Of a stretch of 64,000 nt of DNA, positions 54,556 to 64,000 are shown one piece after another (position 1 is the stretch's first letter; each line of letters begins with the position of its first letter). The stretch covers positions 44,206,001 through 44,270,000 of the forward strand of contig NC_134475.1 of assembly GCF_964194025.1 (NCBI RefSeq). Reading direction: 5' to 3'. The translations under genes and the position numbers were made by a program. This DNA is from Convolutriloba macropyga (lineage: Eukaryota). The notes under the pieces were generated by a model. The model was not told the DNA's origin, searched no databases, and saw only the letters and a list, made by a program, of their open reading frames with translations.

Positions 54556-55684
54556 TCTTGTCAAAATATGGCTGGACTAAAGACCTCAACCCAGATAGGG
54601 TGGAAGGCCCTATGATCGGTCTGTTACTAATCGGTGACCGATAAAGACCTGACCAAGGCCTGTAGTAAGCTTGGTTAGGCATTACAGGAGATAACACTAA
54701 GACCGAGGGGTCTTAGAGAGCCCTCTAGCGGGGCGAATAGAGCTAGATCGAGCCTTGGGAAAGCTAGATCGAGCAGGACTGAAGCTAAAGGATAGACCGA
54801 GAGGTCTGTCTGGTCCTCCTAGAGAGGCCAAGAGAAAGTACGAGAAGCCAACTAAAGCTTGATCGGGCCTTCAGCAAGCACGACCGAGCTGTACCGGAGC
54901 TAACACTAAGACCGAGGGGTCTTAGAGAGCCCTCTAGCGGGGCGAATAGAGCTAGATCGAGCCTTGGGAAAGCTAGATCGAGCAGGACTGAAGCTAAACG
55001 ATAGACCGAGAGGTCTGTCTGGTCCTCCTAGAGAGGCCAAGAGAAAAAACGAGAAGCTAACTAAAGCTTGATCGGGCCTTCAGCAAGCACGACCGAGCTG
55101 TACCGGAGCTAACACTAAGACCGAGGGGTCTTAGAGAGCCCTCTAGCGGGGCGAATAGAGCTTGATCAAGCCTTGGGCAAGCTAGATCGAGCAGGACTGA
55201 AGCTAAGCAAGAGACCGAGAGGTCTGTCTGGTCCTCCTAGAGAGGCCAAGAGAAAGTACGAGAAGCCAACTAAAGCTTGATCGGGCCTTCAGCAAGCACG
55301 ACCGAGCTGTACCGGAGCTAACACTAAGACCGAGGGGTCTTAGAGAGCCCTCTAGCGGGGCGAATAGAGCTAGATCGAGCCTTGGGAAAGCTAGATCGAG
55401 CAGGACTGAAGCTAAACGATAGACCGAGAGGTCTGTCTGGTCCTCCTAGAGAGGCCAAGAGAAAGTACGAGAAGCTAACTAAAGCTTGATCGCGCCTTCA
55501 GCAAGCACGATTGAGCAAGACCGGAGCTAACACTAAGACCGAAGTGTCTTAGAGAGCCCTCTGGTGGGGCGAATAGAGCTAGATCGAGCCTTGGGAAAGC
55601 TAGATCGAGTAAGATTGAAGCTGAAAGAGTGTCAGAGGAGCAAATGAACCTCCAAAAAGTGAAAATCAAATTTTAGAAAAAACA

Positions 55685-55742
55685 CAAGTTAAATACTGCA
55701 TGGACAGTATTTCTATGTGTGGGGCATTATTAGGGGGAGGTG
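55685..55742 (+). promoter_or_regulatory. putative Pol I spacer promoter 2 (+1 ~55732)
   Basis: TTCTATGTGTGGGGCATTATTAGGGGGAGG copy. Confidence 0.7.
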
Positions 55743-56872
55743 TCTTGTCAAAATATGGCTGGACTAAAGACCTCAACCCGGATAGGGTGGAAGGCCCCAT
55801 GATCGGTCTGTTACTAATCGGTGACCGATAAAGACCTGACCAAGGCCTGTAGTAAGCTTGGTTAGGCATTACAGGAGTTAACACTAAGACCGAGGGGTCT
55901 TAGAGAGCCCTCTAGCGGGGCGAATAGAGCTAGATCGAGCCTTGGGAAAGCTAGATCGAGCAGGACTGAAGCTAAGCAAGAGACCGAAAGGTCTGTCTGG
56001 TCCTCCTAGAGAGGCCAAGAGAAAGTACGAGAAGCTAACTAAAGCTTGATCAGGCCTTCAGCAAGCACGACCGAGCTGTACCGGAGCTAACACTAAGACC
56101 GAGGGGTCTTAGAGAGCCCTCTAGCAGGGCGAATAGATCTAGATCGAGCCTTGGGAAAGCTAGATCGAGCAGGACTGAAGCTAAACGATAGACCGAGAGG
56201 TCTGTCTGGTCCTCCTAGAGAGGCCAAGAGAAAGTACGAGAAGCTAACTAAAGCTTGATCGGGCCTTCAGCAAGCACGACCGAGCTGTACCGGAGCTAAC
56301 ACTAAGACCGAGGGGTCTTAGAGAGCCCTCTAGCAGGGCGAATAGAGCTAGATCGAGCCTTGGGAAAGCTAGATCAAGCAGGACTGAAGCTAAACGATAG
56401 ACCGAGAGGTCTGTCTGGTCCTCCTAGAGAGGCCAAGAGAAAGTACGAGAATCTAACTAAAGCTTGATCGGGCCTTCAGCAAGCACGACCGAGCTGTACC
56501 GGAGCTAACACTAAGACCGAGGGGTCTTAGAGAGCCCTCTAGCAGGGCGAATAGAGCTAGATCGAGCCTTGGGAAAGCTAGATCGAGCAGGACTGAAGCT
56601 AAACGATAGACCGAGAGGTCTGTCTGGTCCTCCTAGAGAGGCCAAGAGGAAGTACGAGAAGCTAACTAAAGCTTGATCGCGCCTTCAGCAAGCACGATTG
56701 AGCAAGACCGGAGCTAACACTAAGACCGAAGTGTCTTAGAGAGCCCTCTAGTGGGGCGAATAGAGCTAGATCGAGCCTTGGGAAAGCTAGATCGAGTAAG
56801 ATTGAAGCTGAAAGAGTGTCAGAGGAGCAAATGAACCTCCAAAAAGTGAAAATCAAATTTTAGAAAAAAACA

Positions 56873-56930
56873 CAAGTTAAATACTGCATGGACAGTAATT
56901 CTATGTGTGGGGCATTATTAGGGAGAGGTG
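56873..56930 (+). promoter_or_regulatory. putative Pol I spacer promoter 3 (+1 ~56920)
   Basis: TTCTATGTGTGGGGCATTATTAGGGAGAGG copy. Confidence 0.7.
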
Positions 56931-57834
56931 TCTTGTCAAAATATGGCTGGACTAAAGACCTCAACCCGGATAGGGTGGAAGGCCCTATGATTGGTCTGTT
57001 ACTAATCGGTGACCGATAAAGACCTGACCAAGGCCTGTAGTAAGCTTGGTTAGGCATTACAGAAGATAACACTAAGACCGAGGGGTCTTAGAGAGCCCTC
57101 TAGCGGGGCGAATAGAGCTTGATCAAGCCTTGGGCAAGCTAGATCGAGCAGGACTGAAGCTAAACGATAGACCGAGAGGTCTGTCTGGTCCTCCTAGAGA
57201 GGCCAAGAGAAAGTACGAGAATCTAACTAAAGCTGGGTCGGGCCTTCAGCAAGCACGACCGAGCAGTACCGGAGCTAACACTAAGACCGAGGGGTCTTAG
57301 AGAGCCCTCTAGTGGGGCGAATAGAGCTAGATCGAGCCTTGGGAAAGCTAGATCGAGCAGGACTGAAGCTAAACGATAAACCGAAAGGTCTGACGGGTCC
57401 TCATAAGAGGCATGGAGAAAGATCTGATACTAAAGTACCTCTCGGAAGTAATAAAATATGCCTGATGAAGCCGGGTATGATGTTTGTTGTTTGATGGCAT
57501 TCATCGATTAGGTCTGGTGGATTCCCCATTACTCCGAGTGGTACTAGTAGAGGCTCCTACAGGGGTGAGCAAAGCGAGATCAAGCCTTAGGCAAGCTAGA
57601 TCGAGCAGAACTGAAGCTGAAAAGCAAAATAAATGACAGGTCTGTCCAAATCAATAAACTTGAAATCCAGTGTGGTCACCACGGGTCACGAGGTGAATTC
57701 CTAGCGATTGTCTGCTGAACGTATAGGAAGGCCCGAAACGGACGATAATTTCATTGCACAGTGGAGATACTATACGTTCAGGAGTAGCATACATCGGGTT
57801 TGATCTATGATCATGTCTGGTCTCCGAGGATCCA

Positions 57835-57908
57835 CCGGGTTACCAACTGGCACCGCTGTACTGGGTGTAAAACTGGGCCACCTGAAGTCCCGGGTGTAAA
57901 ACTAGGTG
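57835..57908 (+). terminator. candidate promoter-proximal Pol I terminator boxes
   Basis: Three C(C/T)GGGT..(.)AACT(G/A)G motifs at 57835, 57861, 57890, about 250-300 bp upstream of the putative start; function inferred from position only. Confidence 0.35.
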
Positions 57909-58049
57909 CCTCTGTGCCAAAGTAGCGGCTTGCGTAGTGCATTATGCCTCCGGCTTGCGAAATGGTTATAAGCAATAACAACAGGACGCCGCGGGGTGTT
58001 CACTTAAAGGAGTAACGTTCTCTCAAGGGAGGGGATCTAAAAATCTTGA

Positions 58050-58148
58050 TAAAACATTTATTCTATGCAAAATTTGTGCGCAAATTTTGCAAAGTAAAAA
58101 GCTGCACTGTAGCAAATTCTATGTGTGTAGCATTATTAGGGAAGTGTT
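58050..58148 (+). promoter_or_regulatory. putative rRNA gene (Pol I) promoter, +1 ~58138
   Basis: Last copy of TTCTATGTGTG..GCATTATTAGGG before the 18S; TATTAGGG resembles TATAGGG-type Pol I initiation sites. Confidence 0.7.
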
Positions 58149-59727
58149 GTTTGATGGCACCTCTCTACTTGATGCACCAAAGAACTACCTTGATGGCTCA
58201 TGACCGCTGGTAATCTGTCGTCGCTAGTAGTTCGGAACTGAGAACAAATATGTTCGCAAATTACAACAATTATACAGCATATTGCTGAATAAAGCAGAAC
58301 CGAATAATACTCAGTGACTTTACACCAAGACTGACTAATGTCTGGATTGTATCGTCCTACTCGAGTAAGGCGAAGAAAAGCTAGAAAGATACGCTTTTCA
58401 CAAAGCAGGCTTAATGCATGCAAACCAAGGAGGAAGGAGTGATGCCCCTCCTTATAATAAGCAGAACCAAATAAAGAACAGACAGCATCATCTGTACAGT
58501 GACCAAGAAGAGGTGAAACTTCTGTATGTGAAAAGGCAATTTGAGCGAGATTTATTAGCAGACTAGTATTATGTTGTTTCTAGTAGGCGAAAGCCGAAAC
58601 ATCAACATGTGAAAATCTGATATTAAATCCTCAATCATTTTCCCTAGTATTATACAGCTATGAGTAACCTTAATTGGACACGGCAATTATTGCTGACCGG
58701 TGAAACTTTCGCATGGGAAAGACACACACACTTCTTGACAAAGCAATAAGTATTATGCTGTTTCTAGTACGCGAAAGCAGAAACATCAGCATGTGAAAGT
58801 TGTGAAGTTGAAGAATTTTTGTGTTGAGTACGATGTTGTTACTAGTAACCATGTCGACAGCTGAGAACTGTTCTCTAACCAATAGAAGGTGAAACTTCTG
58901 TATGTGAAAAGGCAATTTGAGCGAGATTTCTTAGCAGACTAGTATTATGTTGTTTCTAGTAGGCGAAAGCCGAAACATCAACATGTGAAAATCTGATATT
59001 AAATCCTCAATCATTTTCCCTAGTATTATACAGCTACTAGTAGCCGTAATTGGTCAGGGAAACATTGTTGACCGGTGAAACTTCACATGGGAAAGACACA
59101 CAAATTACTTGACAAAACAATAAGTATTATGCTGTTTCTAGTATGCGAAAGCAGAAACATCAGCATGTGAAAGTTGTGAAGTTGAAAAGTTTTTGTGTTG
59201 AGTACGGTGTTGTTACTAGTAACCATGTCGACAGCTGGAAAGCTGTTCTCTAACCAATAAAAGGTAAAACTTCTGTATCTGAAGAGGCGGCGTGATTGAG
59301 ATTTTTAACAGACTAGTATTATGTTGTTTCTAGTAGGCGAGAGCCGAAACATCGACATGTGAACATCTGGTTTTTAAATCATGAGTCAATTCTCCCTAGT
59401 ATGATACAGTTGTTAGCCGGTATTGGTAACAGTAGAACAGAGATTTGGAGGGCAAAACCTGCTCATGGGAAATGCTCACAGAGCGCTATCTACCAGTACA
59501 CATAGTATTATGCTGTTTCTAGTACGCGCGAGCCGAAACATCAGCATGTGAAATGTGTAATCGTGGGTAACTCTAAGTGTGTAGAGTACTGTGTAGTAAC
59601 TAGTAGCCATGCCAAAGCATGCATTGAAACTCTTCGTGATTTAAAAAGCTCAAAGCAAGATTGACGAGGCCGCAAGGCTATGTCTTTCTAAATTCGAAAA
59701 AATCGAAAGATTGTTCAAAGTACAATT
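58138..59727 (+). ncRNA. 5' external transcribed spacer of pre-rRNA
   Basis: Between the putative Pol I start and the 18S 5' end; highly structured on the + strand. Confidence 0.75.
58503..59612 (+). repeat. ETS array of six structured hairpins (A-B x3, ~375-bp period) with GNRA loops and AGUA/GAA motifs
   Basis: Core AGTATTATG(T/C)TGTTTCTAGTA-NGC-GNRA-GCN-GAAACATC..CATGTGAA six times, tetraloops at 58589, 58773, 58965, 59147, 59339, 59528; compensatory substitutions between copies. Confidence 0.92.
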
Positions 59728-60725
59728 AAACTGATTGATCCTGTCAGTTGCCATATGCTTGTCTGAAAGACTAAGCCATGCATGTGCAAGCGAAGCTTGA
59801 AAAAGTGGAACCGCGAATGGCTCATTAAATCAGTTACTATCTATTAGTTGATTTGCAAGCTAAATGAATAACTGCGGTAACCCTGCAGCTAATGCATGCT
59901 GATTGTCCGACACTGTCGGAGACTTTTACAAGACTACACCGGGTGATTTGCTAAGTACAGACACATCCCGTGATGAGTCCTAGTAACTGAAAGATCCCAG
60001 ATAGCTTCGGCTTGGGGACGGAACTTCCGAATTTCTGACCTATCAACCTATGATGGTAGTGTAACGGACTACCATGGTTGTGACGGGTAACGGGGAATCA
60101 GGGTTCGATTCCGGAGAGGGAGCCTTAGAAACGGCTACCACATCCAAGGAAGGCAGCAGGCACGCAAATTACCCACTCTCCGCACGAGGAGGTAGTGACT
60201 AGAAATAATGATATGAACCTTTATGGTTTGTAATCAGAATGGAATGGACTTAAAAGCTCCATTGATGAACGAGTAGAGGGCAAGTCTGGTGCCAGCAGCC
60301 GCGGTAATACCAGCCTCTACAAGCGTATGCAATAGTTGCTGCGTTTAAAAAGCTCATAGTTGGATCTGTTTGAGTAGAACGGCAACATGGTCTTCAGTTA
60401 AATCTGTTGACTCGTTCCGCTCATCCTTCGCATCGAAGAAATAGTTTGCACTTAAATGTGACGAACTGTGGAAACGGTGTTTTCACCCTGAGAAAATTAG
60501 AGTGTTCAAAGCATCCTTTGGGATCGAATAATAAAGCATGGAATAATGGAGAATGACCCGCTACTCGATTGATGCCGGTTGGCTGAGTGCGGTAATGATT
60601 GAAAGGAACAGACGGGGGCATTTGTATTGCTACGTTAGAGGTGAAATTCTTGGATCGTGGCAAGACAAACTACTGCGAAAGCATTTGCCAAGAATGTTTT
60701 CATTAATCAAGAACGAAAGTCAGAG
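59728..60725 (+). rRNA. 18S rRNA, 5' ~1 kb only (truncated)
   Basis: Conserved blocks TTGATCCTG.CAGT, AAGCCATGCATG, GGGTTCGATTCCGGAGAGGGAGCC, GTGCCAGCAGCCGCGGTAAT, GGTGAAATTCTTGGA, ATCAAGAACGAAAGTCAGAG; similarity stops abruptly at 60725. Confidence 0.97.
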
Positions 60726-63700
60726 TATTACATGTAAAATTAAGGAGACAATCGCATCGCAATTTCCAAATCTAATGTCGATAATTGGACTCTCAAAGAC
60801 TCATGTAGCGAAATCATAGTCTCATCAAATGTTTACAGCAAAGCGTCAAAAAGGTCGATGCGTTCCGATTAATATACAACCTAGAGTCACAGTTGAATCA
60901 AATCGATTACAGAAAGAAGGACATAGTGAAAAAATTGTCTAGTTGTTCTGATGAATACTTCTTAACTCTGATAGTAATCACAATAAAGGAAGATCAATCT
61001 ATAAAATTAGCACTGGACTCCAAAGTTTTAATTAAATCAACCAACAAAAATAAATATCAATTGCCTAACAACGAAATGTTAATTTATTCAATTTCACGAC
61101 AACTTACAAATACTCAAAACGGTCAGCAAGCATACTTTTCATCAATAGACCTTATGTTGCTTATAGTTGGTTACAATCGCATGTAGACACTGCAAAACAC
61201 TCCAATTTCAACTTCCATTCTGGAGAATCAACTGGCACTTATAGATTTAAAACTGGATTCTACGGTCTCACTGACATGTCAGCAGAATTTCAAAAAGCTA
61301 TGGATTATACACTTGTAGATCTTCAAAACACTTATTGCTTTCTTGGTGACATTATTATTGTTAGCATAGGATCTGAATCCGATCACCTTAGTTATGTCAC
61401 CAAATGTCTCAAAAAGTTAGACGAAGATAAATTAAGAATTAATCTTCAGAAATGCCTCTTCGCAAAAACAGAGACCGAATGGCTTGGGCACATATTTACT
61501 CAAGCCGGTATATGACCACTTGAAAATAAAACCGCAAATATATTAGCAATACCAGCATCATCGACATTATAACACTTAAGATCCTTTCTTGGTTCAGTAC
61601 ACTATATTAGTAAATTCAAACCAAATTTAGCACAACTTTGTCAACCCCTTAGACCACTTCTCAAAAAATCTGCTCAATTCGTCTGGACTGAGGACCACAC
61701 TAAACATTTCAATATCATAAAAACAAAATTGCAGCAAGTACTGAAAATGGCCATTATAATCCTCAGCTAGATGTTCGTGTTAAATGTGATGCATCTCTTT
61801 CTGTATTGGGAGCTGCACTTGAACAGAATAACCTTGACGGATGACAACTCATGGCAATCGCGTCGCAATTTCTAAATCAAACAGAAGAGCGATATAGTGT
61901 CAACGAATTGGAGCTATTAGGAGTCGTTTGGTCAATCGACTACTTCAAATACTTTCTGTATGGAAAAAACTTCACGGTAATAACCGATTATCGTGCATTA
62001 TTATCAATACTAAAAGAAGATAGATCAAATAAATCCTATAATAACCGCCTTTCTAGATGGATTGACCGTCAGCTTCCCTATAACTTAACAATTGAATTTA
62101 TGCTTGGAGCAAAAATGGACCTTGCAGATTATATATCTAGAAATCCTTTTGCCAAAGCTAAAAATGTTTCCGCATATAACGAACATTTTGTAGTACTAAC
62201 AATATCTAAAATTCGGGACTTATTGAAACATTTAATTCGAAAGAAACAGCACATTGTACAGAAATTCAATAGAATATTAAAAGTTACATTCACCCTCTTA
62301 TCCTGCAAATCGGTTAATCGCGCCGCAAATACCTACTTTAATACAAAACAATGCAAAATTTCGCATTAAACCAGTTGCATTACAATCGTCACACTATAAT
62401 ACAGTATTACCACTTGCCTCGCAATTGGTTACTAAAAATAAAATTATTAATCCTCATCTCAATATGTCAATCGCATCGCAAATGCCTTCTCAAAATTTAA
62501 AACCACAATTTGCACTAAAAAATCTATCATTGCATAAATCACATTCCATTAACAAATTTGCTACAACTGCGCTGCAAAAGTCAGACAATAAAGAAGGCGA
62601 ACAATCTGAAGATTTAGACTCAATAAAGCCCATATTTGACACCAACTCAAGGAATCAACACAAATTCTCAATATTAGGCGCGAAACTGCAAATTCCTGAG
62701 TATAAATACAACCAACCGAAAAAAACCTCTGTTTTTGACCAAAGCAAACTCAGAATTCATCCGTCAAATAATCATTCGATAAAATCAATCTCTAAGATGA
62801 CACGAACTAGAGCAGAAAAATCCACACCAACGAGGGCCCGAGTCACCTTCTCGGACAACTCCCTTTCTAATACGACACCTGCAACAAATACATACTCAAA
62901 CACAAAAACTACTTCGTCTGTCAGTGCCTTCGATACATCAGAAGACATGAGATTTACAGATACCCTTAATCGAATTTTCAGCAAGAAATTGTAGGCAATT
63001 CTATCTGGAAAGGATGATATATTGAAAGAGGTGCGCGATTGTGTCATCCGAAATGACGAGGACAGACTAAAAAATTAGCCCCTAGTTCTATTCCTACTGG
63101 CGGTACCTAAGCGTAAAACATGGTTGTCTGTGCATAGACGAAAGGATTGCAATTCCTAAAGCAATCAAAGACGCTATGCGAGAGGACATTCTTTCCACGC
63201 ATCCTGGAAGCTTTGCAATGATGTCCCTAGCACAGAACATTTTGTGGCCATATATCCACCAAGATGTGTTGGCAAAAACCAGCGAGTGCAAAGCTTGCAC
63301 GGAAATTGGTAAGAACTTAAAACCATTGATTCCGCAGAGGAAATGGTCACAATTACCAAAGTGTATTGAACCGAACGACGAAATCCAAATAGATTTTGAT
63401 GAACCTATTATTGATGAAAAAGGCATAGAACAACATTTCATTAAAAGCATAGATTGATACTTAAAATAACCTACCGCAGAAATAGTAAAGAAGGCTTCTG
63501 ACCTAATAGTTATTAAATTCCTTATTAAGTATATTTACAATCACGGAGTACCCAGAACACTTAGATTAGACCAAGCTAGATGTTTTACAGGAAAAAGAAG
63601 TTGGAAACTTTTTTTACTGAAAATAATATTACACCAATATATGCACCTGCAAAGAACCACAGAGCAATAGGATTAGTACAACGCCTTAATCAACCTTTTA

Positions 63701-64000
63701 AGCGTCAATTATCATGTGTTAAAGCACACCTAAATAAAAAATTTAATCTCGCACATTCAATACATGCAATTATACAGCGATTAAGAATATCTAAACGCAA
63801 AACAATTGAAAATACACCATTTGAAGCACATTTTGGTAGACGATGTAACACACCAACTTCAAATATCACCACAAAGTCAAGCAATAAGAATTTAAATTTT
63901 AACAAAATAATTAAATGTTATTTTGATGAAGATACAATCCCAGGCAGGTCTTACCTCACAGACACGCAATGGGCGGATACGGGCATGTGTTCGGACTTTG
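60726..64000 (+). mobile_element. decayed Ty3/Gypsy pol (RT, RNase H, integrase), runs off window
   Basis: QKGR.VP, SIKLALDSK, FKTGFYGLTDMSAEFQKAMD, FLGDIII, CDAS, YSVNELELLGVVW, HPGSFAM..CKAC, GVPRTLRLDQ; multiple stops and frameshifts; no LTR at the 18S junction. Confidence 0.9.

Larger units (their letters stand above)
54438..57400 (+). repeat. rDNA intergenic spacer: 209-bp subrepeats in a ~1187-bp higher-order repeat
   Basis: Units start AACACTAAGACC at 54693, 54902, 55111, 55320, 55529, 55880, 56089, 56298, 56507, 56716, 57068, 57277; blocks are separated by promoter-like segments; lies upstream of 18S. Confidence 0.9.

Noticed and set aside
54693-57400. CRISPR-like array
   Set aside because: Units repeat in full with no unique spacers; eukaryotic rDNA context, no cas genes.
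54425-57494. Repeated 60-90 aa ORFs in the IGS
   Set aside because: By-products of tandem repeats; no protein features.
57460-57500. CTGATGA as hammerhead or C/D box
   Set aside because: No matching stem II/GAAA or partner box found.
58570-58610. Hammerhead ribozyme (stem-GAAA-stem then GAAAC)
   Set aside because: No CUGANGA core upstream of the stem; UAGUA opposite GAA fits a bulged-G motif instead.
60726-64000. rDNA-specific non-LTR element (R-element) or Pokey inserted in 18S
   Set aside because: Sequence is Ty3/Gypsy pol joined mid-gene, with no element terminus and no 3' 18S in view.

Overview
AT-rich eukaryotic (animal) scaffold with two N-gaps, dominated by transposon debris. Host genes: an intron-free F-BAR/RhoGAP (srGAP-like) CDS (22146-25004, -), the first exon of an EamA/SLC35G-like transporter (-) and the first exon of a probable rhodopsin-like GPCR (+). 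Mobile DNA: an old Ty3/Gypsy element whose RT-gag-LTR part was tandemly triplicated (6.9-14.4 kb); a young, complete 4.0-kb Ty3/Gypsy element with 134-bp LTRs, a 5-bp TSD and an apparent self-priming (non-tRNA) PBS, nested in a CR1-like LINE; further CR1-like LINEs; several non-autonomous TIR elements; and decayed tandem gene-like repeats. From 53.4 kb the window holds the 5' half of an rDNA unit: an AGCT-rich satellite, an IGS of 209-bp subrepeats with three spacer-promoter copies, the putative Pol I promoter (~58138), a ~1.6-kb 5' ETS and a divergent 18S gene broken after ~1 kb by a Gypsy pol remnant. The most striking signal is in the 5' ETS: six ~160-nt covarying hairpins (A-B x3), each capped by a GNRA tetraloop and carrying up to four AGUA/GAA bulged-G (sarcin-ricin/loop E-type) motifs. 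The divergent 18S suggests a long-branch animal (an acoel is a guess, not verified).
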